Origin: Raillietiella orientalis
Lineage: Eukaryota
Direction of reading: 5' to 3'
Length of the DNA stretch: 64,000 bases
Assembly: GCA_036172245.1 (NCBI GenBank)
Contig: JAYWIR010000098.1
Coordinates: 124,001-188,000 of the forward strand
Shown: positions 1 to 10,838 of the stretch, one piece after another
How the letters are laid out: each line of letters begins with the position of its first letter
Numbering within the stretch: position 1 is the stretch's first letter
Position numbers and translations under genes: made by a program
The notes under the pieces: generated by a model
The model's input: only the letters and a program-made list of their open reading frames with translations
What the model was told of the DNA's origin: nothing
Databases searched by the model: none

Positions 1-3000
1 CTGATTCCAATTTCCCTTTTCAAAAGACCTTTCAATATTTCCATGGCAGGCACCTGGCTCATTTCTGCCCGCATTTTGGTCCTCTTTATCACGATGCTCT
101 TGATAAAGAGGGCGATGGTAGAGCGGACCATCGGGTTGTATCGTGGAACTTTGCCTTCCCCTTCGAACACGCCAGCGAGAATCTCCATCTTCCGCAACGG
201 CTGCAAGTCTATCACCTTCTTGAGACTGGTCCAGTCCTGGCGCAGAGAGGGGCAGATGAGTACGTGAAGTTGGATTTCTCTGGTTCCACAGGCATTGCAC
301 TTCTTCTCCTGCAGATTTCCGGTCCAGTGTTTGGTCCTAGTGCCTCTCTGAATGCCCCTGTGATAAAACATGAGGAGCTCATCCTGAATGTCGAGTGGTA
401 AGTCGCTCGCTCAGACCGTGGTTCCAACCACCAGCGGTTTTACCTGGTGGCATCCGTATCGGTAAGCGGCCGCAGACAGAGCGTTGTCGTCGTTTGGTTC
501 CTTCATAAGTGCTTCTTCCATGTTTCCCCTGGTTATCAGGCGCCAGCAGCTAGATTCCTGATTGGTCCAGATCTCTCGATATTTGTGGGTGAATCTTCCT
601 ATTATTTCCGTGGTTAGCCGATACAGCCGCATTTACTGTTAAATGTCACTTAATGCAAACTGCTTGCACTCCTTCATGGTGATCCTTGGATTCACGGATA
701 TTCACTTCCCGCTGTCCGAAGGAACGTGCAAAAACCATGGGATAATCCGAACCAGTTCGCTCTCCCAAATTACTTTACTCCTAGGCACTATTTTGAGGTG
801 ATGGGTGTTCACCGGTGCCTGTTTCCGTATCCAAGTAAGGTCGATGTTTCTCCACTGTCCTTGTTTGCCTATTAGGGCGGACATTAGGCCTCTCGAATTG
901 TTGACCAGCTGCGAGTAGGCTCTGTGCGCCGCATAAGGCCACTCTGATCCCATTTGTTGGCAAGATCCAGGAGTTGTTGCACGTCCAGCAGATGCACGGA
1001 CCGTTTGAGCAATTTCATCCCGGTCCCGCCTTTGTTACGCGGTCGGCACAAGAGTTTCAGCCTGAACCGCGGCTTAAACTCGCTCCATAAAATTCTCCGT
1101 TGTAGTTGTTCCACCTGACGGCACGTTTCATCGTCCACTCGACAAAAGGCTGCTGCGAAGAGCACCTTAGGAAGAAGTTCGTTCCACATGTTTGCCCTTC
1201 GCTTTAGGCAGAAGTGGAGTCGTACGTATTTTGCAGCCTCTGCTCTTGTTTTACCCAGGATTCCCTTCCACATTTCCTGCGAAGCCGAGGCATCGCCGAT
1301 GTGGACTCCCAGGTACTTGATGTTATCCACTACTCGGAATCCTGCTTCCTCTAAGGCGGTAAGGTCCAGGATTCCGATGGGCAACAGCTGGAATTTATGG
1401 GCGTTGATCTTCAAGCCCAAACCATTCTCCATAGATTCGACGACACCAAGGAACGTATGCTGATCCTTGTCTTCCTTCAAGAAGAAGAGCAGATCATCCG
1501 CATACGCCAGGTGCATCAACCTGTCGTCTTCAAGGCGTATTCCTTGGATACGTCTGCCATGGTGGACAAGTGACGAAACCGCTTCCATATAAACTACGAA
1601 TAGCATCGGACTAAGAGCGTCTCCCTGATGGATTCCCCTTTCCATCCTGATGTCTGCAGTATCATTTCCGTTGATTCTTATTTTGCAGTACTGTCCTTTG
1701 AGATTCTTCTCGTAGTCGGCGAAGTATTCTGGGTAGCCCAGTTTCCTCAGTATTTTCAGCAACATTTCATGTCCACTGTATCGAACACCTTCTCCATATC
1801 CGTGCAGACCAGCACCAGGTTGTCGCCTATGTGGCGACTGTAACCTAACGTTGCTTGTACACACTTCACATTGTCAGAAATGCTACGTACGGGCACCGCT
1901 CACGTCTGCATTGAAGAAATGACGGATGGCAACGTCTTGCTTAAACGGTTAGCCCAGATCTTGGCGAACCATTTGGCGTCCGTGTTCATGATGGAGATGG
2001 TCCGTCATCGGTAGACCTGAGTCAGGTCTCCTGCCTTAGGCAGCAGCCTCATGCGACTCTCGTGGAACGGCTCGGGAAGCTTTCGTTCTTCTTGGAAGCG
2101 AAGTGTGAGCTTGTGGAACAACCGCAGGTAGGCATTTAGGTACAGCTGATAATGCGAGATTGACACGCATTCAGGGCCTGCAGCCACGTAATTGCGGAGT
2201 CCAGCGAAGGCCTGTTGCACTTCCTTGGTGATTCCTTCTTCTAGGTTTACCTGCTGTTGCCGGACGATTCGTTTCTGCAGGAGTCGAAGAAAATTGTGTT
2301 GCTTGCTTCTTGACAATTTACGCCGTCGAAAGTGGGAGGTGTAATGTTGATGGAAGGCCTCCACGATTTCTTGTGGCGTGTGTGGCAACTGGTTTTCGTG
2401 CTGGATGCAGAAGATATCCGTTGAAATATTTCTCTTCTCCTGCACGCTTATTTCCTCTTTTACGTTGCGGCAGACGTACCGGCTCTCGTACTGGTCCCAG
2501 TATTTGAAAGCGAGCGTTATTGGATGCTTTGCTCTCGATACGCTTTCTTCCTTATCTTCCTGTTTTTGAATTGCGCGTTGCAGAACACGTAAATGGTATG
2601 CTTTAACCTGTCCCAGTCCTCGACTCTGCGGATTGTTGTGTCACGCAGGATCGTCTCGAGGAGTTCCTGGTGACAGGGAAGGGTTTCAAACCAGGAAGAC
2701 ATACACATGAGTGCAGCCCTTGTGCCTATTTGCTTTCGGGGTTCTCCGTTCACAACGTGAACCTCAGCAACGGGTAATCCGAGAGCAGAATCTGGGTGTC
2801 TCGGAATCCCTGCACGCGGTTCTCGACTTTGTGACTAAAAATTACGTGGTCGATTGGTTTGTGTTTGAGGTTAGCCAACGTACTCCAAACTCGTCGGGGA
2901 GTTTCTGATACGCCACTTTTTCTCCAGTATCCCTGAACTGGGTACTAATGCCCGGTATATTCAGATCGCCCACGATAACGACGATGTCCTTTGGTGCGAC

Positions 3001-3413
3001 CTTGCTGCTCAGGAGATTCCGCACAGCTTCCGCACATCGATGCTTTTCCAAGTGGTGACCGCAAACGTTGGCAAGGAAAAGGTTAATTGCTCAGGACCAA
3101 GACATCCGAACTCCAACGATGCGGGAGAGACACGGAGAAAAGGATTCCAGAACGGTGTGCGCGATCCTGTTTTTGATGAGGATCGCAACACCCTTGGTCT
3201 GCTCTCTCCAGGACTCAAGTACAATGCAGCATCCAGTCGCTATTCGAGTTCGCGGCATATCTGGTCGTCTGTTTCGTGAGTCTCTTGCAGGCAGACGATG
3301 TCCTCGCGCTCGATATTATGCGCGATCCTTCTTCTTTTTCCCTGGTCTCGAATCCCATCTACGTTCCAGGAGGCAATCTTTACACTCCTGGATGAAGACA
3401 GGTAAGAACACAT
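1..3413 (-). pseudogene. Element A ORF2 (APE endonuclease-reverse transcriptase), disrupted
   Basis: ORF pieces 2842-3051, 2517-2753, 2005-2445 and 884-1864 carry APE/RT motifs in the correct order. Confidence 0.9.
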
Positions 3414-3433
3414 GAGGAATCACTTTTTACTTC

Positions 3434-4855
3434 TTAATATCTGGTATTTTTCTGCTTTGGTGGTGCCGTAGGATTCTTCCAAGCAGAAGTCTCCTCCTCC
3501 GTTTTGCTTCCAGACTCCACGAAATCCGTGATGTCTTCTGCTGGGGTTTCTTCTCTTACAACTACTTCGCGGCCTGAATGCTTTGTGGTCCCACTAGAGA
3601 GCTCTTCTTGTTTCGAGGCTGCAGTTCTGGCTGTCAACGCCTCAGGGACCTCTTTTACCTTTAGTTCGAAGCGGTCGATTACTACCGCGGGTAAGGGTTT
3701 GCATTGCTGTGAGGACAGGAGCAACGGCTCTTCCTGTATTATCTTTTCCTCATTCTGTAAGGTGCTAACTTCCATTAGGGTGGTTGCCTTTCCTTGACCC
3801 ATCATTTGTTGCTTCGCCCTTTCAGTTACGCCCAATCCCTTCGACGCTGCTGAAACAGGAGAAAGTTCCTCGTTAACTTCTTTTCTCTTCCTTTTTTCTT
3901 AATTCTTTCTTGCTTCCGTGGAGAATGCAGCCGCACTTGTGCTGACTTCCTCTACTACTTTTTCTTCTTCTTTCCTCTGAACTGTCGGCAATGGAGGAAT
4001 TCCCTGCTCATCGAGCCATTTCCAATATCTCGGGCATTCTCTCTTGACATGTCCCGATTCCTTGCAGTGGTGACACTGCGGGGCTTTGTGCAGGCTTTAA
4101 TAAAATGAACATGCTGACCACATTGGAAACAGCGTGCTCTCGGACATGAACCCAGCTGATAGCCAGATTGCTTACATCCGTTGCAGAATGTGGGCTGCAT
4201 ACGGTAGCGTACCAACACGTGTTGGGAGTACGCATCTAAACAGACTTCTCCCGGGATTCTAGCATCTTCAAACAGCCTGATTCTTGCCATCACTTCTCCA
4301 GTAAAGACTCCCGTCATCAAAGGACGAAAGGACATCTTCCGCACACCTCCGTATTGGGATAAAAAATCCCACACAACCCGTTGCTCCGTGAAGCCACTAA
4401 TCACCGCTAAGAACACAGAGGTGTAACTTGCCTCTTCCATTCCGCGCAGTTGACGTCCGTTTATAAATACACCATGTTCCAAAAGAATTCCCTGGAGTTT
4501 TTAATTACTAAATGTAGATTAAAAAACAGATTGCACTTGGAATGATGGCCACAACATCGTTAAAGTTCACCTTTCTTTCGTGCGACACGACATGAATGTT
4601 CCTAACATTCTGTATTTCAAAACTGTCAGTTTTAAAGGTCACAGTTTTAATATCTGCTTCCATTTTCCACATGGGTTCTATAACCCGCTTTACTTCAATT
4701 ACGGCGTGCATTGTTCTTCTCGCCATCGTCACCGCTGAAACGTCTGAATTCGTTGAATGCGCCGCCGTCGCCTCTGCGTACGACCGGATGGGAGATGCAG
4801 CTCCTGACGCCACCGCAGTAACCTCCTTCGACGTCCCCGGTAAACACGTCTCCAT
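3434..4855 (-). pseudogene. Element A ORF1 (gag-like, zinc knuckles), frameshifted
   Basis: ORF pieces 4508-4855, 3955-4482 (CNGCKQSGYQLGSC, CFQCGQHVHFIKAC) and 3434-3835. Confidence 0.85.
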
Positions 4856-4959
4856 AGTAGTTTCCTGTGCCTCTCGGCAATAGTCTCCTCGAGTCCTCCT
4901 TCTTCTAACGCGTCCGCGAGTTTTTTTTTTTTAAAAAAAAAGCCCAAACAATTTCGCCG

Positions 4960-5465
4960 CACACACAGACTCATCACTACTTCCTCGCAACTACTACTCG
5001 TCTCAGCAGGAGAGGAGCGATCTCCCGACTGCAGAGGAGGCTGCGCCATTACCGCCTTTTAAGGGTGCAGCAAAAGCTCCTTTCGAGGTGGTTGGGGAGG
5101 AGAGCCGGAGGCGTTCCTGACGAACATCACAGAACTCCTTGAGGAGACGGGCGGAGTGTGGAAGGTTGTGGGAAAAGGGAGGAAAGTAAAGTCTCCCAAA
5201 AATTCTCCGCAACCACCATCCAAGAGCCTTTGAAAGGCAGGGAACAGCAGCGCGTTGAAGAAAACTCGCGCGGTGGTTCCCTCTGCCATTGCATAAGATA
5301 CCGCCGCGACCGCTCATGGCGCGAAAATTGCGATCGCCAGGAAAGATGCCGTGGTGACCGCGAAAGAGGAAGTGTTCCCTGTCCCATCCGCGAGCACTTC
5401 CGAATCGACACGGCAGGAGAACCGCGAAACGCCCGCGCTTCATTTAGACTCCGAAACGGAGAATC
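4960..5465 (+). mobile_element. Probable fragment of a low-complexity ORF1 C-terminal region
   Basis: GC-rich; encodes K/S/A/E-rich peptide with WKVVGKGRK, resembling WQLVQARK and WQVATAKK in other ORF1s here. No diagnostic domain. Confidence 0.4.
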
Positions 5466-7482
5466 TTCTCACTCGTGGAAGCCGGGGCTTTTATTATTTT
5501 AAAAAACCAAAATTACAATTTATAATTGCAGTCGATTGATTTTTCATTGTTTTTGTGTTCCTGACGCAAAACATTTCCGTATTGTTTTGCACTCGCTTAC
5601 CGACTTTGGTGCCGGTAAGGCCTACTTCACTCGCGAAGAGGACGCGAAAAAGGAAAAAAAATACATAAAAAAAACAAGAAATACGCCTGGGAGATATTGT
5701 TTATGAAGAGGGAAAGAAAAGGGAAGGGATCACTGTGCGTCGAGGGGAGGCCTCAGCATCTGGTTCCGGATGCGAACAAGTGCTGCCAGGATTTTCCTAA
5801 GCCGGTGCCAACGAGAAGCCTTCTCCATGGGGATGACCACCCAGTGGATGGCATTCCAGCTGCTGTGGCCTCTTATCGACGCGTTCCACTTGTCCGATAT
5901 TCCTCGTATGCAGCAGAGAACTGCAACATACGCGGCACCTGGCAGGGATTTCCGTATCAAGAGGCGACGTAAAATGTTTTTAGGGTCGCCCACCGCTACG
6001 TTTATGGCCGACGAGAGTCGATCCCAAGTTCGGCGGAGGGCAACACATTCGATGAGTAAGTGGGGGAAGGTCTATCTTTCCCCACACTCTGTACAATGGG
6101 CATCCAATCTCTCAATGTCCAGTGAGACAGGCGTGCTCTGCTCAAAAGTCCCCAATGGATCACAAGCAGCGCCGTCTCCTGCCAATCCAAAGGGAGGGTG
6201 CCACTGTCCCAAGACGCCGGGGCCACTTCACCTCCTCCGGAGCCATGCTCCGCAGCTCGTCCCAGCGCACAATTCTATTTAACCGGAATGTCGGGGTTGT
6301 AGCGTCCGCTAGTTCATGGGACGTCCACGCCTTCATTGGTTTTTTCCTGCCTCCTATGAGGCACCACACTTCGCAACAAGCGTCCTCTTGGCTGTCCCTG
6401 GCTTTTATAAAAGAGAGCAGCACGGGAACAACGGGGATGAATGCGGCCTACAAAAGCTTTTGTGGGTTAGATACGATCTCCCGCAGGGGCTGGCCAGCGT
6501 TCCTGCCTCAACGTAGGGTGCATTAGTCCACCGCGCTAAAATCCTTGAGCCTTGCCCACGGGGAAACGGACTCCTGGAGCCAGGTAGTCCAGTTTGTCAG
6601 GCTGCAGGAGATCCACATGTTTCTCCTCATCAGGGCCAGCAATTCACGTAGCTGTGAACTACAATCGTACAGTCCGAAGTCGTTGCCTACGGGGACTGAA
6701 GTCAGTCCATCGCAACCGATTGCCCTGTGGGCGTGGAGTACTATGAGCGCACACCATGGTGCTGTCCAATATTTTGCCGCAAAGACAAGTTTTCCTAGTT
6801 GGAACTGACGCTCTATGCGCTCCAACGTCAGGAGACCAAGTCCACCGTCCCTGCGTGGAGTGCACATGTTCCGCACCACAGCCCGTTCCTGCAAGTAAAA
6901 CTTGCCGTCCCGGAACGGGCCAATCGCCAAGTCCACCTTTTGGAGACGGTCGCAACGGGCTTCTGCAGCGCAGAAGTCCCCCAACGGAACGCCCAGGTAC
7001 TTAAAGTACCCGCCCGTGGGGATCTCCAGGCGGATCCAGTCCGACCGTCCTGCCCGCGACGAGTCCGGAGAAATGATTGACGACTTCGCCCTGTTTACCT
7101 CGAAGCCCGTCCCACGGTTCAGCAACTCAAAGAAATCTTCGAGCGCCGATGCCGGGATGGACCCGGGAAGCAGAAGCAGAAGGTCGTCGGCATAGGACGA
7201 CAAGTCAGGCGTGCCGGGACATGAGCTCGGCAGGGTTGCCAAAGTCTCCCTGTATGCTGTCGGCACCAACTCAAAGTAGATGAAGAGCAGGGGGCTCTGG
7301 CTGTCACCCCACCGGATGCCGCGACAAATTGGCACGCCGTACACCTGCCGGCCGCTGAAATTGATGTTAATTAGCGCAAAGCGCCAGCAGGAGCGAAGGT
7401 ACACTAGGAAGACGGCCGGAAATCCCAAGCGTTCCAGGAGCTCCAAGAGGAGCACCTGGTCGACACAATCGAAAGCTTTACT
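5466..7482 (-). mobile_element. Element G1: 3' part of ORF2 (RT to CCHC) plus 3' UTR, cut at KAFD by E1
   Basis: ORFs 6523-7455 (YADD, KYLG), 6002-6226, 5730-5993; 3' end AATAAAAGCCCCGGCTT..GTGAGAA at ~5466-5495. Confidence 0.9.
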
Positions 7483-7483
7483 T

Positions 7484-8576
7484 CGCTTAGAGCGGACGTG
7501 TTTCCTCGTTGCATCTTGTGCCGGGAACCGTCCCTAGGTGTAGGCTTTGTGTGTAGGGGTGGTCGATCAGGCAGCAATGACTGACACGACCAGCAGTGCC
7601 TGTCAGGGGGCGGTGGCAACGTCGCCTCCTGAAGAAATGGAGTGCCAGGTGGCGGAGGCAACGTCGCCTCTAGAAAAGTTGGAGTGCCAGGAGGCGACGG
7701 CAACATCGCCTTTAGTGGCGAAGGAGGTAGTGGCGTCCGCCCCCACACAACCGGTCCCCTCGGCAGCGCGGGCGTAAAGCGCCGTTGTGTCGGCGCCATC
7801 GCCTGCAGCCGCGGCGGAATTGTCGGCCTATGTGGAGGAGGGGCATAAACCCTCATTGTTCTACAAGGTAGGCTATCTATATTCTTTAGAGAGCGCACGC
7901 GCCATTTTGAAGGGGATGCGCGCTCTCTATGTTAAAGAGGAGGAGCTCTGCGCTACGACCATTCGTAGCGGGGGGCAGTACGTAGAGGTGATCTGCAAAC
8001 ACGCTGATCTGGCCCAAAGCCTGCTCAAAACCATCGTGGTGATGGAGACAAGCAGGCTCCTTCCTATTACGGCGGACCACAGTATGGTAGTCCACCTTTT
8101 AGGAGTTACCGCGCGGATGCGGAAAGAACAGTTACGCGCCGCGTTGGGAAAAGAAGGCACGGTCCATGCAGTATGGACCAAGCCTAGTCCTTACGAGGAC
8201 TATACCACAGTTTAGTGCGGCCTCACAGCTGCCCGCCTAACCGTTTATGAGGGCTCTACCCTCCCCCACAAACTGGTTGTCGGCGGAGTAAGCGTCGACC
8301 TCTGGTACGTAGGGTAGCCCAAATACTGTGGCTTCTGCAACACGTAGGGACACCTCCGAAGGAGGTGCCCAACGTAAAGTGCCAGGTATGCGGGACAATT
8401 GGCCCCACGAGGGAAGTGTGCCCACAATCCGCTGTGCGCGTGGTTTCCGCGAAGAACTTAAAAAAACGCGCGCGGCTGCTACAGTAAAGTCTGGCGGCGA
8501 AAGCTGCCGCTCAACCTGTGCCACCCACGCTCATGGTCCCGGCGGCAGCCGACACCCCGGCAACGAATGCCGAAAC
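7484..8576 (+). mobile_element. Element E1: 5' fragment (5' UTR plus disrupted ORF1) of family E
   Basis: Starts CGCTTAGAGCGGACGTG; ORF1 AAAELSAYVEEGHKPSLFYKVG matches element E (~47,140-47,200); knuckle remnants at ~8325-8420. The 3' boundary is approximate. Confidence 0.85.
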
Positions 8577-9599
8577 GATCGACAAAAGCGGTCAGGTGCG
8601 GTGAGATGCGGCAAACCTGCGCCGGTGCCGCACGCGTTTTTGGGTAGCTCCCGTGAGCGAATCCAAGAACAGTTCCTGGAAGTGTGGAAGTGCGGACGTT
8701 GGAAGGCAGAAATGCTTGAAGACGCCCCAGTACGTGCGAAGGGAGACGTGAGGCCTACGTCTCCCCAGCCTAAGGATGTGGGGTCATGCCCCACCACAAA
8801 ATCAGCTTCCGCCACCCTGGCGAGGGCGTGGAACAAGGTGGCCGCGGCGGCTCCGCCGGACGTAACGGACGAAGTGCAGCCCTACATAAAGGAGGGCTAC
8901 AACCCTGCCCTCCTCTACAAGGTAGGAAACTTATATTCTCCGCTTACAACGCGGAAATTTGGAAACGCCATCCGTAAGATGGGAATCTCTGAAGAGGAGA
9001 TTCTTTGCTTCTCGATTCGGAGCGGCGGGAAGTTCGCGGAGCTGATTTGCAGAGATGCAGCGCTCACACACAAACTTCTCTGTACGCCCGTTCTGTTCGA
9101 AGGACGGAATCTCCTCCCACACACGGTGGATCACTCTATGGTGATCCACCTCACAGGTACAACGGTGCAGATGACCGAGGAAGCCATTCGCACAGAAATC
9201 AACAAGTTCGCGGAGATATACGCGATGTAATCGAAGCCCAACGCCTTTACTTATCGAGGCGCATTCAGTGGGCGAGTTACCGCACGGGTAACTCTCCGCG
9301 AAAACTAATAACTTCCCCACAAGCTGTAGGTCGACCTCCCTGCAATTTTGGCGCCTCCCAGCAATTTTCTGTGATCCCTTCCCGGCCCTCCAAACTTTTT
9401 TTTGTGGTTTGTTTTTCTCTTTTATTTTATTATTGTTCTCTCCCCCATCCTACTTCACTGCCGAGAAGAGCCAAACCGAGCTACGTCCCGGTGTCCCGGC
9501 AGTTCCGGTATTGCGTGGCCGTCAGTGGGGCCCTGTACCTTCGTTCTGTATTGACTGTTGAAATGTTTTTAATAAACGTCCCCGCGTATCCGGGTGGCA
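8577..9599 (+). mobile_element. Element I: ORF1 N-terminal half fused to a 3' terminus (internally deleted)
   Basis: ORF 8328-9230 has YIKEGYNPALLYKVG...SIRSGG; at ~9330-9350 it jumps to the ORF2 end, TGATCCCTTCCC, U-rich UTR, AATAAA (9571) and terminal hairpin. Confidence 0.75.
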
Positions 9600-10279
9600 T
9601 CGCCGAATCCCTGGGGCAGACGTTGCACAGGGAACTGTTCGCAGAACTCCCGGACCGAGTCCTTAAATAGGTCCCAATCCGCGAGAATCTGGAGGGTGAC
9701 GCCTCGCAGGAATTCGCGAAGATGTTGTTTCGCTCCTGACAAACGCGTCCAGTTCCATGGCATACGCCAATCCCTGGATGGCGGTCCCTTGTCGCGCGGG
9801 CGCATCTCGAATAATAACCGGGAATGGTCCGACAGCGTCGATCCAAGTGTCCCTCGTTTTCCGACCCGTGTGCACAGGTCTTCGTCCAGGAAGACGTGGT
9901 CCACGCTGCTGAACATCCCGCTTATTTCTGTCAACAAGTTGTGCGCGCGCGTGGCGGCGTACAACTCGTTGATCGCGTTCCCCTGTGCTCCGGGCTGATC
10001 TGAGAGAAGACGGACGTTGAAATCCCCTGCTATCAGATGCGCCTTTCGCACGTCCGCGTCCACCAGCCATTCGCGCTTGATGGTTTCCAGTAACGCGTTG
10101 CGCTGCTGGTATCCCTGTTTACTGCTAGGAGCGTACACATTGGTGGCGATAAGTTCGATCGAATCGGACCATCTGAGAATCAGTTGGCCGATCCGTCCGT
10201 CGTCCCCAAAGCGCACGCCGTTCACGGCCGCGTTAATAGCTGACTTTAGAAAGAAAGCGACTCCACAAGTGATGCGGCA
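9600..10279 (-). mobile_element. B-like ORF2 fragment (APE endonuclease to linker)
   Basis: ORF 9569-10324: GVAFF, NVYAPS, HLIAGDFN, VDHVF, SDH, FPVQRLPQGFG. Confidence 0.9.
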
Positions 10280-10726
10280 GGACTCCCTCAGTCCAGCTGT
10301 AGCCCTGGCAGCACTTTGCTGCATTCGTGGTATAGTGGCGGCCTATAGTGATGCCGAAGATGAAGACTGCATCGTGAGGGATGTCATCGAGTATGCTTCT
10401 CGCTTCCTGCAGAGAGCTACCCGGTGGACCCATCTAGGAAGGATGAAAAAGGAACTAGAAGGCATCCTGCCAAGAATAGGCCCTCCCAGCAGTTTTCTGT
10501 GATCCCTTCCCGGCCCTCCAAACTTTTTTTTGTGGTTTGTTTTTCTCTTTTATTTTATTTTTGTGTTCTCCCTTATCCCCCTCTACTGCTGAGGAGAGCC
10601 ACACCGAGCTGCGTCCCGGTGTCCCGGAAGTTCCGGTATTGCGTGGCCGTCAGTGGGGCCTTGTACCACGTTCTGTATTGACCGTTGAAATGTTTTTAAT
10701 AAACGTCCCGGCGTATCCGGGTGGCA
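10280..10726 (+). mobile_element. 5'-truncated 3' terminus (ORF2 end plus 3' UTR) of a B-related element
   Basis: LAALCCIRGIV..., stop at 10502; 10480-10738 is nearly identical to 9352-9611. Confidence 0.85.
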
Positions 10727-10838
10727 TCGCCGAATCCCCGCTGTGGAGAGCGGACGTGCTTTTCCTGCGCTCCGCCTGCGTGGAAAGCGAGTGTTTTTTC
10801 TTCTTGAGTGATTTGTGCGTGCAAATCGTCGGTGTCCG

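Larger units (their letters stand above)
1..4920 (-). mobile_element. Element A: divergent L1/Tx1-like non-LTR retrotransposon, degenerate, 3' end outside window
   Basis: Minus strand reads ORF1 with CCHC-like knuckles, then APE (WNVDG, LQET, VIVGDLN), RT (DMEKVFD, QGDALSP, YADD, KYLG) and CNACG..H..C near 260-300. The 5' boundary is approximate (CGCGGACGCGT at ~4909-4918). Confidence 0.9.

Noticed and set aside
9352..10738. Direct repeats 9352-9611 and 10480-10738 as LTRs
   Set aside because: They are two LINE 3' termini plus target sequence; no TG..CA ends, PBS, integrase or protease.
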